Below are positions 36,305 through 48,974 of a stretch of 64,000 nt of DNA, piece by piece. Origin of the DNA: Hemiscyllium ocellatum (taxonomy: Eukaryota). Each line of letters begins with the position of its first letter. The stretch's first letter is position 1. The notes beneath the pieces were generated by a model. It worked only from the letters and a program-made list of their open reading frames with translations, was not told the DNA's origin and did no database searches. Position numbers and translations under genes: made by a program. The stretch spans positions 15,540,068 through 15,604,067 of the forward strand of contig NC_083446.1 in assembly GCF_020745735.1 (NCBI RefSeq). Direction: 5' to 3'.

Positions 36305-38500
36305 CCATAAGAATATAAGACATAGAAGCAGAAATTAGGCCATTAATATCTTTGAGGTAAAATACCTTTGAGTCTGCTCTCCCATTCAATTATGGCTGAT
36401 AAGTTTCTCAATACCATTCTCCCACTTTGTCTCCATAAGCTTTGACCCCTTTGATACTCAAGAACCTATCTATTTCAGTTTTAAAAATACTCAATGAGCT
36501 GGCCTCCACAGCCTTCTGTGGCAATGAATTCCAGAGATTTCCCCACTCTCTGGTTGAAGAAGTTTCTCCTTATCTTCATATCAAAGGGTCTCCCCTTTAC
36601 TCTAACACTATGCGCTCACGTCCTAGCCTCTACTAACAATGGAAACATCTTCCTAACATTTACTCTGTCCAGGCCATTCAGTATTCTGTAAACTTCAATT
36701 AAATCCCCCTAACCCTTTTTTTAACTCAGTAGAGTATAAACCCAGAGTCCTTAAATATTCCTCAAATGTTAAGCTTTTCATTCCTGGGATCATTGTCATG
36801 AACCTCCTCTGAACACGCCCCAGGGCCTTCCTGAGATATGGGGCCCAAAACTACACACACAATACTCCAAATGTGGTCTGACCAGAGCCGTATAGAGCCT
36901 CGGAAGTACATACCTGCTTTTATATTCAAGTCCTCTCAAAATTAATGCCATCATTGCATTTGCCTTCCTAACCACTGACTCAACCTGCAAATTTACCTGA
37001 AGAGAATCCTGAACTAGAACTCCCAAGTCTCTTTGCAGTTTAGACTTCTGAACTTTCCCTCCATTTAGAAAATAGTCCATGCCTCTATTCATGACATCAC
37101 ACTTTCCCAAGTTGTACTCCATCTGCCACTTCTTTGCCCAATCTCTTAACCTGTCCAATTCCTTCCGCAGCCTTCCCACCTCCTCAATGCTACCTCTCCC
37201 TCTACCCATCTTTGTATCATCTGCAAACTTAGCAGAATAACCTCATTTTCTTTATCTAAATTGTTAATGTATAAAGTGAAAAATTGGGGTCCCAACACTG
37301 AGCTTTGCAGAAAACCACATGTCACCGGCTGCCGTCCTAAGAAGGACACTTTTATCCCCACTTTCTGTTTTCTGCTGAATAGCCAAGCTTCTATCCATGC
37401 AAGCACCTTGCCTCTGACACCAAGGATCCTGATCTTACTCAGTAGCCTCCTGTGCAGCACCTTGTCAAAGGCTTTCTTGAAGTCCAGGTATGTATCATTC
37501 ATTGGCGCTCCTTGGCTTAACCTGCTCATTACCTCCTCAAAGAATTCTGGGAGGTTTGTCAGTGATGACATCCCATTGGTGAAACTGTGCTGACTTTGCC
37601 CTATTTTGCCATTTACTTCCAAGTGTTTAGAAATCTTATCCTTCACAATGGATTCCAGGATCTTACCCACAATGGAGGTAAGGCTAATCATTCTGTAATT
37701 TTCCGTATTTTGCCATACTGCCTTTTTACACAGGGGAGACACATTAGCAATTTTCCAGTCTTCTAGGACCCTCCATGATTCTAGTGATGCCTGAGAGATC
37801 ACCAATAACACTTCCACTATCTCTTCAGCTCTCTCCCTTAAATCTCTGGGGGGGTTCCCATCTGGTCCAGGTGACTTAAACACCTTCAGGCCATTCAGGT
37901 TTTCTAGCACCTTCTTCTTTGTGTTGGCTATCATACTCAGCTCTGCCCTCTCACTCTCGCGAAACTTTGGGATATTACTTTTGACTCCACCTTGAAGACT
38001 GATGCAAAATAATTATTCAGTTCTTCAGCTATTTCTTAGTTCCCTACTACTAACTCTCCAGTGTCATTCTCCAGCAGACCAATGGTCACTTTTGCCTCTC
38101 TTTTGCCCTTTGTATATCTTAAGAAACTCTTGCAGTCTTCTTTTACATTACTGGCTAGCTTACCCTCATAGTTAATATTCTCCCTCCTTATTTGTTTCTT
38201 TATTGCCCTCTGTTGGTCTTTGTATGCTTTCCAATCCTCTGGTTTCCCACTGGCCTTCACCACATTATATGCTTTCACTTTTGCTTTTATGCTGTCCCTG
38301 ACTTCCCTCATCAGCCATGTTTGCCTCATCCTCCCAGTATCATGCCTCTTCTTCCTCAGGATGAATCTCTGCTGTGTCTCCTGAATTACTCATGGAAACC
38401 CGGGCCATTGCTGTTCCACTGTCTTTCCTGCTGGGTTCCTCTCTAAATAAATTCTACACAGCTCCTCCCTCATGCTTCTGCAGTTGCCTTTATTCAATTA
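36305..38500 (-). mobile_element. CR1 LINE, RT region to 3' end, decayed
   Basis: KSPGPDG, NYRMISLTSIVGKILE, YLDFKKAFDKV, QSSVLGPQFFTLYINNL; cataagaatataagacatag tail. Confidence 0.9.
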
Positions 38501-38629
38501 TAAGTTGCCCATAACATACTATAAACTAAGGTAGAAGCCAAAGGAATTAAGGAACTTAACTGATTTGCCTGGAAATATGGTTAATTGAAGGGGACAGCAA
38601 GTTACTCAAATTAGCATGACTTCATTGGG

Positions 38630-41600
38630 TTATAGAGATGTACAGCAGTGAAACAGACCCTTTGGTTCAACTTGTCCATGCAACCAGATATCTGAAGCCA
38701 ATCTACTCCCACCTGCCAGCATCCGGCCCATAACCTCCAAACCCTTCCTGCTCATATACCCAACCAGATGCCTTTTAAATGTTGCAATTGTACTAGCCTC
38801 CACCATTTCCTCTGGCAGGTTATTCCATACACACACCACCCTCTGCGTGAAAATGCTTCCCCTTAGGTTTCTTTTATATCTTTCCCCTCTCACCATTAAC
38901 CTATGCCCTCTGGTTCTGGACTCCTTCACCCCAGGGAAAAGACTTTGTCAATTTATCCTATTCATGCCCCTCATGATTTTAAAAACCTCAATCAGGTCAC
39001 CCCTCAGCCTCCGACACTCCTGGGAAAACAGCCCCAGCCAATTCAACCTCTCCCTATTGCTCAAATCCTCCAGCCCTGGTAACATCCCTGTATACCTTTT
39101 CTGAACCCTTTCAGGCTTCACAACATTGTTCCGATAGGAAGGAGAACAGAATTGCATGCAATATTCCAGAAGTTGCCTAACCAATGCCCTGTACAACTGC
39201 AACATGACCTCCCAACTCCTGTACTCAATATTCTGACCAATAAAGGAAAATATACCAAATGCTTTCTTCACTATCATATCTACCAGCGACTCCAATTTCA
39301 AGGACTTATGAAACTGCATTCCACAGTGACTTTGTTCAGCAACACTCCCTTGGACCTGACCATTAAGTGTATAAGTCCTGCTAAGATTTGCTTTCCCAAA
39401 ATGCAGCACCTAACATTTATCTAAATTAAACTCCATCTGCCACTTCCCAGCCTATTGGCCCATCTGATCAAGATCCTGTTGTAATCTCAGGTAACCTTCT
39501 TCACTGTCCATGACACCTTCAATTTTGATGTCATCTGTAAACTTACTAACTATATTTCTAATGCTCACATCCAAATCATTTATGTAAATGACAAAAAGTA
39601 GTGGACCCAGCACTGATCCTTGTGGCACTCCACTGGTCACAGGCCTCCAAACTGAAAAACAACCCTCCACCACCACCCTCTGTCTTCTACCTTTGAGCCA
39701 GTTCTGTATCCAAATGGCTAGTTCTCACTATATTCCATAAGATCTATCCTTGCTAATCAGTCTCCCATGGGGAACCTTGTTGAACATTGAAGTCCATATA
39801 GATCATAACTACTGCTTTGTTCTCATCAATCCTCTTTGTTCCTTATTCAACAAACTCAATCCAGTTTGTGAGACATGATCTCCCATGCACAAAGCCATGT
39901 AACTATCCCTAATCAGTCCTTGCTCTTCCAAATACAAGTACATCCCGTCCCTCACGATTCCCTTCAACAACTTGCCCAACGCTGCCATCAGGCTCACTTG
40001 TCTATCATTCCCTGGCTCGTCATTACCACCCCTCTTAAACAGTGGCACCACTTTAGCCAACCTCCCATTTTCCAGCACCTCACCTGTGACTATTGGTGAA
40101 ACAAATATCTCAGCAAAGGGCCCAGCAATCATTTCTCTGGCTTCCCACAGAGTTCTAAGGTACACCTGATCAGGTTTATGTTTTGCAAGACATCCAGCAC
40201 TTCCTTCTCTGTAATATGCACATTTTTCAAGATGTCACCATATATTTCCCCACATTCTATATCTTCCATGTCCTTTTCCGCAGGGAACACTCACGCAAAG
40301 TACTTGTTTAGTATCTCCCCCAACTCCTACGGTTCCACACAAAGGTCGCCTTGCTGATCTTTGAGGGGCCCTATTCTGTCCCTAGTTACTCTTTTGTCCT
40401 TAATGTGTTTGTAAAAACCCTTTGTATTCTCCTTAACTCTATTTGCCAAAGCTATTTCATGTCCCCTTTTTGTCCTCCTGAATTCCCTCTTAAGTATACT
40501 CCTATTGCCTTGAAACCCTTCTTAGGATTCATTTGGTCTATCTTGTCTATACCTGACATATGCTTCCTTTTTTTTCTTAACCAAACTCTCAATTTCTTTA
40601 GTCATCCAGCATTCCCTGTCCTTTCACCCTAACAGGAATATACTGTCTCTGGACTCTTGTTATCTCATTTCCGAAGGCTTCCTATTTTCCAGCCATCCCT
40701 TTACCTGCAAACATCTGTCTCTAATCAGCTTTTGAAAGTTCTTACCTAATACAGTCAAAATCAACCTTCCTTCAATTTAGAATTTCAACTTTCAGATCTG
40801 GTGTATTCTTTTCCATCAATATTTAAAAACTAATAGAATAATGGTCACTGCTTCCCCCACTAACACCTCAGTCACCTGCCTACTTATTTCCCAAGATTAG
40901 GTCAAGTTTAACACCTTCTCTAGTAGGTACATTCACATATTGAATCAGAAAATTTTCTTGTACACACTTAGCAGATTCTTTTCCTTCTAAACCCGTAACG
41001 CTATGGCAGTCCAAGTCAATGTTTGGAAAGTTAAAATTGCCTACCATTACAACCCAATTATTCTTACAGATAACTGAGATCTCTTTACAAATCTGTTTCT
41101 CAATTTCCCTCCGACTATTAGGGGGTCTATAATACAATCCCAATAAAGTGATCATCCCTTTCTTAATTCTCAGTTCAACCCAAATAACTTCCCTGGATGT
41201 ATTTCTGGGAGTTTCCTCCCTCAATACAGGTGTAATGCTATCCCTTATCAAAAATGCCACTCCCCCATCCTCTCGTGCTTTACTTTCTGTCCTTCTTGTA
41301 GCATTTATATCCTGAAACATTAAGCTGCCAGTCATGTCCATCCCTGAGACATGTTTCTGTAATTGCTATGGTATCCCAGACCCATGTTCCTAACCATGCC
41401 CTAAGTTTATCTGCCTTCCCTGTTAGGTCTCTTGCACTGAGATAAATGCAATTTAATTTGTCAGTCCTACCTTGTTCTCTGCTTTGTCCCTGCCTGCCCT
41501 GACTGTTTGACTCGCTCCTTTTCTCAACTGTACCATCTCAGATTGATCTCTTTCCTCACTATCTCCCTGGGTCCCACCCCCACCCCCACCCCCACATTAA

Positions 41601-42715
41601 TGGTTTAAATCCTCCTGAGCAACTTTAGCAAAATCTTCCTGCCGTCATATTAGTCCCCTTCCAGTTCAGGTGCAATCCATCCTTCTTGTACAGGTCACTT
41701 CTACACCAAAAGAGATTCCAATGATCCAAAAATGTAAATCCTTCTCCAGTACACCAGCTCCTTAGCCATGCAGTCATCTGCTCTATCATCCTATTCCTAC
41801 TCTCACTAGCTCACAGTACTGGGAGTAATATTACTACCCTCGAGGACCTCCTTTTTAAATTCCTGCCTAATTTTCTATATTCTCCCTTCAGAATCTTATC
41901 CCTTCCTATCTCATTGGTTCCAATGTGCACAATGACCTCCTGCTGGTCCTTCTCCCTCCCCCCCCCCCACCGATAACATGCTGTGACTTCTGAGACATCC
42001 TTGATCCTGGCACTAGGGAGGCAACACACCATTCTGATTTTTCACTGCTGGCCACAGAAATGTCTGGCTGTGCCTCGGACTAGAGAGTCCCCTAACACAA
42101 TTGATCTCTTGGAACCTGATGTACCCCTCATTGCATTAGAGCCAGTCTCGATACCAGAAACCTGGCTGTTCTTGATGCATTCCCCTGAGAATCCATCACT
42201 CTCTACATTTTCCAAAACAGCATACTTGTTTGAAATCAGGATAACCATAGAAGACGCCTGCATTACCTTCTATCTCTCTTACCTTTCCTGGAGTTAACCC
42301 ATCTATGTAACTTTTTCCATCTGTAACTTTTTTCCCATCCTGTAATTGCCATCCATCACATTTGATGCTCTTGTAAATTCCTCATTGCCTCTAATTGTCT
42401 CTCCAACCTCAGTAACACATAAATTCTCCTTAAATTCCCACATCCAACAAGAAGAGCATATCACTCTACTAAAGGCCATTTTTGCTTCTTCCAACCTACA
42501 GATCCAGAAAATAACACGCTTATTCCTCTACAAAACATTACTCTAGGCTAATTTAATACTTATGGCTTATATTTTTAAATTTAATCAAGAGACATATCTC
42601 AATAAAACATATAATCAAGAAAGAACCCACTCTACTCACTACTGCAGACTTACTGTCAAGCCACACTTAAAAATACTCACTTATCTGTTTCTGCGCCATG
42701 ACCTTTCCCAAACAT
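38630..42715 (-). mobile_element. Near full-length decayed CR1/HER1 LINE (ORF1 with zinc motif and SGNH esterase; ORF2 with APE and RT)
   Basis: VICSSCWMWE; IVLGDSLVRG; CLPSARIKDV; VIVHIGTNEI; GGVAFLI, GLYYRPP, GNFNFPNID; GVPQGSVLGPLLFVIYINDL, FTDD. Confidence 0.92.
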
Positions 42716-42739
42716 GTTCCTCCAAGAATTGTACAAAAC

Positions 42740-43290
42740 CTTAGATCCCTTGGAGTACTTTGAGCAGGTCTGGGCACCAGAGCTTGGGAAGGATGTACTG
42801 GCCTTGGAGGGAGCACAACATAGGTTTACAAGAATAATACATGGACTACAGGAGTTATGTTATGAAATGAGATTACAAAGTAGACCAATTGTCTTCAAAT
42901 TTAGAAGGTCAAGACAAGCTTCGATTGTAGTTTTCAAGATATTAACAAGAAAAGACTGGGAGATAAGGAAAAAATATTTCCACTGGTTGGATATTCTGGA
43001 CCTAGATAGCAGAGTCTGAGAAATGGCCTCAGACCATTCAGGAGAGATGTTGTGAAGAATTTCTACACGTTAGTGTGGTGGATGTTTGGCACTCTCTACC
43101 ACAAACAATAGTCGATGCTAGATCAATTGTTGATTTTAAATCTGAGCTTTCTCTTTCTGTAAAAGTATTAAGTAACCTGGGCCAAAGGCCAGAGTATGGA
43201 TTGCAGCCAGAGAACTAGCCATAATCCAATTGAAAAGCAGACCAGCCTTGATGGACTGAATGGCCTACTCTTCTTCCGATGTTCCTGACT
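42740..43290 (+). mobile_element. Old CR1 LINE 3' fragment
   Basis: LEYFEQVWAPELGKDVLALEGAQHRFTRII. Confidence 0.72.
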
Positions 43291-43474
43291 TTCTCATCTC
43301 AAAGACTGAATCCGAAACCTATCTCCCCATTTCTTTCCTCTCCCACTCCCAGTTTTTTTCTCTCCTACTCTCCCTCTGCCTGTCTCCAGTTCTCCAGCTC
43401 CTGTCTGTAGACTTAGAATCACATCAATCTGTCAATCATTGTTCCTCCCAGTCACGTGGGCAATAGACATGCCA

Positions 43475-43563
43475 AGAATGTGTTGCTGGAAAACCACAGC
43501 AGGTCAGGCAGCATCCGAGGAGCAGGAAAATTGACGTTTTGGGCCGGAGCCCTTCATTAGGAT
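43475..43563 (-). mobile_element. Short Penelope-derived insert with decayed hammerhead
   Basis: Minus strand c-ctaatga-a-gggc-tccg-gccc-aaaa-cgtc followed by ...ggatgctgcctgacctgctgtg. Confidence 0.7.
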
Positions 43564-43569
43564 AAAGAT

Positions 43570-44247
43570 AGCTTGTCCAATCCCTCCCTAGAATTCAGAC
43601 CATTGAGTCCAGGCAACATCGTTGTAAATTTCTTCTGCACTCTTTCCAGTTTAATAACATCCTTCCTGTAATAAAGGTGACCAAAACTGAACACAATACT
43701 CACCAACATCCTGTATATATGCAACGTAATTACCTAACTTGCATAGTCAGTGCCCTGACTGATGAAGGCCAGTGTACCAAAACCCTTCTTCACTACCATG
43801 TCTACCTGTGACTCAACTTTGAGATAACGGTCAACCTGAACTCCAAGATCCCCCTGTTCCACTACACTCCTTAAAGCCCTACTATTCACCATGAAACCCC
43901 TGCCATGATCTGACTTTCCAAAATGCAAGACATCATACGTATTTATCTTAAACTCCATTTGCCATTTCCCAGCCCACTTCCCCAGCTGATCAAGGTCCTG
44001 CTGCAATTTCTGATAACCTTCCTCACTGTCCATGATACTGCCTATTTTAGTAACATCAGCAAACTTACTAATCATGCCTTGTACATTCTCATTCAAATCA
44101 CTGATTTAGATAACAAACAGCAATGGGCCTAGCACCAACCCCTGAGGCACTCTGCTAGTCATAGGCTTCTAGTCTGACAAGCATCCTTCCACTATTACCC
44201 TCTGCTTCCTGCCATCAAGCCAATTTTGTATCCAATTTGCCAACTCA
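43570..44247 (-). mobile_element. CR1 LINE RT fragment, cut by the ERV LTR
   Basis: ISKFADVTKIG, LQQDLDQL, WQMEF. Confidence 0.87.
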
Positions 44248-46544
44248 TGTTGTGGAAGAATCACTTAATGTTCTATTAAAAAAAATTACCAGGAGATGCA
44301 GAAATTCCTTCATGTAAACTTTAATCTTGCAAAATCAAATCTGTGGGAGCCAGAAAAATGTCTTCCTAATTCCCCACAATCTTTGTTCTCCTGCAATCTA
44401 TACTGTTATTCTTCCCGCACTTATCTGATGGCATTAACATACCCAATCATGCAGGCTTGGTTTGCCTTTCTCAACTAATCATCATCTGCCACACTAGTTT
44501 CCTCCATCTCATTTAACCCATCACATTACAACACCATCATCTTCAGCATTAGCTCATCTCCCAGTGATTTAACTAACCTATCACAGTGCACTACCATTAT
44601 CTGTTACTGGACCCCTGTAACATGATCCTGGGCATGCATTGCAACACTAGGTTAACCACATAACTGCCAGAATAACTTCCATATATTCCCCTCTTTGAGA
44701 CTAACAGGTCTCACACAGAAAAAGAATACAAGGAGGCTGTACACCCACAGGCCAAATTGATTGACAGAGCCCCAAAAGAAGGCAACAACAATTTACAGCG
44801 TCCAGTCCTCAAAGGATTCTCCCTCCACACCTGGAGTCACAGGCCAAAAACCTGTCCCACAATAACAGGAAAAAATACCCAAAGACCCCGCACAACCTAA
44901 ACACGTACGTAACACATGCAAGTCAGACATCTCCATCGGAACAAGGTTTCTGCACCACAGCAGACGTCAGATCATTGAAGCAGAGCAGTGAACCTGCAGC
45001 AGAAGAGGGGCTGGGCCAGAGTCCACTGGAACAACCGGGATCCATTGCGCAGCAAGACACATTTAAAAACAAGACTTAACAAGAGGAAGAGCACAGCAAA
45101 AGACAAAGGCAACAACAAGCAACACAAAACCTGCAACAATCCCAAATATAGCGAACCATGCCCCCGATCTACACAAAACACCATTCAACCAGCCCAAGGC
45201 CAGCCGAGTCCACCATGTCACCTGACCAGTCACATCCAATTGCTCACCCAATGCAGAGAGGGCATCAGCAGATTAATCAATAAATAGCTGCTGATCGTAA
45301 CAAGATATAATTAATCCACCTAACATTCATGCAAATTCCAGTGGCAGGGATAAGTGACTCCCAGCCTGTGGCAATCTCACTCTGGCCCAAAACATTTTGG
45401 GAGCACCCCTTGGCTAACCAATATCAAGAACGTGTATTACTGGCTCAGGGACATTCTCCTATTTAGGGCGGTGCAGTCGGTTATGATAGGGCAGTGGCTC
45501 TACCAAATAAGATCCATCAGGTTCGCTAATGGGACCCTTCCTGTTACCAGACACTGGCTCCCTCAGTATTTCCTGTGTGTGGATAGACTCATGTATCTTA
45601 GTTAGCTGTTGCATGTATTACTTAAGTTCAACTTCCAGTTGTTCCAAGCTAGGCCCATCATATGGACCCCTCCACTTGGGCATTGGCAAGGATCTACTGG
45701 TAAGCATTTCATGTAGTGCCAAGTTAGTCATGTGGATAGTTTGCATACGGTAGCTCATTAGTGCCAGTGGTAGCGCATCAACCCATTTAAGACTGGAGCT
45801 CGCACAAATCTTACACAGCTTAGCTTTCAAAGTACCATTAATCCATTCCACTATAACCTGCGACAGGGGAGGATACACACAGCCAAACCTTTGCTTAATC
45901 TGCCAGGTCTGCAGTGCCAATTAAACAACCATCTGGATAAAGACAGACCCATTACTCAAACTGATCTCCGATGGTAGGCCAAACCATGGAATAACTTCAG
46001 TCATTAAAAGCGTTATCACTGTACCTGCCCCTGAATCTTTCGACGGGGTCACTTCTACCCATCTACTAAACCTGTCAATGGCCACTAACATCCCTTATTA
46101 CTCACTGTCCTTATCATGTCTACATAGTTGATCACTAAATGCTTAAATGACCCATCAGATACAGGCATATGTCCTATAGGGGTCGTTATCCCCTTTCTGA
46201 CATTACTTTGAGAACAGACATCAAATTGCAATAATATATAACCCACTGAACCCTGCAAGTAAGGTGACCAAAAGCTATCAATCTATTTACCTCAGTACTT
46301 CCCCTCTAGCACAGTGATCCAACTCATGTGCCACCGAGGTGAAAATGGTCAACAAAGGGGTAGGTGCCACCCACAAAACTTCTTCTGTGCACCACAGGCC
46401 TTCCTGGTTATGCCTGTCCCTCTCCCCTTTGTCCCCGCAACAGCTGCTCAGCCAAGGTCAAAGGAAGAACCAAGAACAAAGAAAATGTACAGCCCAGGAA
46501 CAGGCCCTTGGACTCTCCAAGCCTGAGCCGATCCAAATCCACTG

Positions 46545-46765
46545 TCTAAAACTGTCTATACTCTTCATGCTTTTGTAGACCTTAATCAAGTCCCCCCTCA
46601 ATCTCCTTTTCCTTAAGAAAACAGTCCTAACCTATTCAACCTCTCTTCATAGCCAGCACTTGCCATACTAGGCAACATCCTCGTAAATCTTCTCTGCACC
46701 ATCTCCAAAGCGTCCGCATCCTTTTAGTAATGTGGTGACCAGAACTGTGCACAGTATTCTAAATT
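46545..46765 (-). mobile_element. CR1 LINE fragment at the ERV gag/integrase junction
   Basis: ggcaacatcctcgtaaatcttctctgcacc...gaccagaactgtgcacagtattc. Confidence 0.8.
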
Positions 46766-47504
46766 CAGCTATTCCTGATCCTCTCTGAATCTGATTTCTC
46801 TCTATACCCCTTGGCCCCACCATCTCCTCGTCCGTGTCCTTGGAGACCCTAGTTCCATCTAGGCAGTTGATTAAATTTGTTTTGCCCTTGGTATGGTACT
46901 TGTGGAAAAGCCCCTCCAAAAACGTTTATTACTGGCATGGGGTTTTCAGGCCCTTGTAAGATTGCGTTAGAGGATGTCCCCTGGACCGGCATATTATTCA
47001 TCACAGTAGCGCTGATCAACCCAGTTGTCACTGGCAATATTTTCTTGCTTTTCTCTCGTTCTTTCTTTTTAAGTTCCTGAGCTGCAGCAGTGTCAACTTT
47101 CATTGCTGTACCTCCTCCTACTTGTCAGCCAACTCCTATATGTCTTTCTAGTATCTTTCAACCGCATGGACTACATGTTCTCTGAACTCCTGGGGGGCCA
47201 TGGACATCAGACCCACAACCTCCTCCAACTTAGATTTGACTTGAGGGGGCTTTGTCTCAGTAATAGCAGTCCGCAACTTCGTGGTCAGCAGCTGACTACC
47301 TTCCACAACCTGTTTTGTTTCAAGCCTCCACCTTTTCAACTGGTTGTCCAAATAGGCTGCTGGGTTTTCAGTGTCTCTCAATGGATGCCCTCTCAAAGCT
47401 ACAGGATCAATCTCAGGTGGGCAACAATCTAAGGGCCTGCCATACCCTTTGCTTTATTCGATCAAACACAGCACTAATCATTGGATTGTCCACCACATTC
47501 CTCA

Positions 47505-47636
47505 GGTAAAAACAATGACTGCAGATGCTGGAAACCAGATTCTGGATTAGTGGTGCTGGAGGGCTTTTGCCCAAAACATCGATTTTACTGCTCCTCGGAT
47601 GCTGCCTGAACTGCTGTGCTCTTCCAGCACCACCAA
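47505..47636. mobile_element. Penelope-derived insert with an internal inversion and 16-bp TSD, inside ERV gag
   Basis: tccaccacattcctca at 47489-47504 and 47637-47652; inverted arms tggattagtggtgctgga and tccagcaccaccaatcca; gggc-tttt-gccc-aaaa-catc. Confidence 0.85.
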
Positions 47637-48974
47637 TCCACCACATTCCTCATGCAGACTTGGTCCCTTACCACTCTTAATGTCGAGAATCCCATCACCT
47701 GTATTAGCAATGCCTTTAAATCACCCACAGCCAACAACCATCCTGTGGTTTAATCTTCAAAGGCTCTAATCCACTTTCCTACTCCATCATGTAAACTGGG
47801 CAACACATTTCTCAGCCTTTCCAGATCCTGGGTTCCCCAAGGAATGAATAACAACTGTCTCCCCTCTTTTATAGACAAATGCAACATTTTCCCCTGTGGA
47901 AGCTTCTTTCCCTTATTAAAATTGCAACATTGTGATTCCTCACCGGATTCCAATTCTAACCTAACTTGTATTTCACCATTCTCCCTGTTACTGGCATGTT
48001 ACCTTTCCTGCCTCTCATTTCTTTTTTTAACCACATTCTGTTCTGGGTCAGTTGCATCCAAATCTAATCCCCACATTGTCTCTAATGTCCCCTTATTACA
48101 AGACAATGTGTTACATTCTCCTCACCCAAATGGGGAGGGTTGCCACAAGCCGTCCAACCCAGGAAATACAGATGTAGACCTCTGCTGGGCCTCCATACTG
48201 GAAGGCTCTTTATTCTGCACTAAACATGTGGAGATGTTCTCATCCCAGCCTTTGTGCAGAGAAGCTGCTCATCCTGCTCTCTGGCACCCCCTGGTCGCAA
48301 CTCGTGCCTGAAAAAATACTCCCAAACCTCCCCAACAATTTCATACTGCTGTAAAATTTCTAACTCCTATTCCCTCTTCAATATTGCCTTGTTTGGTTTA
48401 CCCTTAAGTCACCAATTCTTAATTAACCTGTTCATTTCAGTGCACATATTTCTATCAAAGGTCATTTAGTGAAAAAAATCTCAAAAAATTCTTAAATTTT
48501 TACAGTGCAAAATAAAATCAAAACACCCCCAGATCTTGAGCTCCAGGGAAACAAAACACAAACATTCAACCACCAACAATTATGTATACAAACCAGATCA
48601 CAATGATTAAATTATAAAACCTTTCTCAGACACACACACAGAAACATTCTGCAAACTACCTGCTCCCTCTCTCTCACACTCACATTCAGAGCCTTGCTGC
48701 AAACAGCCAAGAACTGGGCCGTAAATCAATCTCTCTCTCTCCCACCAAAGCCTTACTTAAACAGACCCTTTGTTCATTTCCGAAAGTCTAATTATCTTAC
48801 AGGCCTTATCTAAAACATTCAACAGTCTAGTAACACTTTACCACTATGACTATTCTCTGGTATTTTGCTTTTAACCATCCACTACCAATCTGCTGGCTTT
48901 CTAAACAGGACTATCAGTCTTTTAGTAAAACTATTCCCCCAGACACTCAGAAAAGCTGACCTCACCTCGCAATC

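Larger units (their letters stand above)
44248..48950 (-). mobile_element. Endogenous retrovirus remnant (class I, epsilon-like): gag about 48450-46780, integrase about 46400-45400, PPT and 3' LTR; PR, RT, RNase H and 5' LTR not seen
   Basis: Gag PWGTQDLERLRNVLPSLHDGVGKWIRAFED..LAVGDLKALL and KSKLEEVVGL; IN IDRFSRWVE, EVIPWFGLP, EWINGTLKAKL and LKWVDALPLALMSYR; PPT AAAGAGGGGAA (44686-44696); LTR candidate 44685-44248 ending ...ccacaaca. Confidence 0.8.

Noticed and set aside
44700-45400. ERV env gene
   Set aside because: The region is too short, with no furin site, immunosuppressive domain or CX6CC motif visible.
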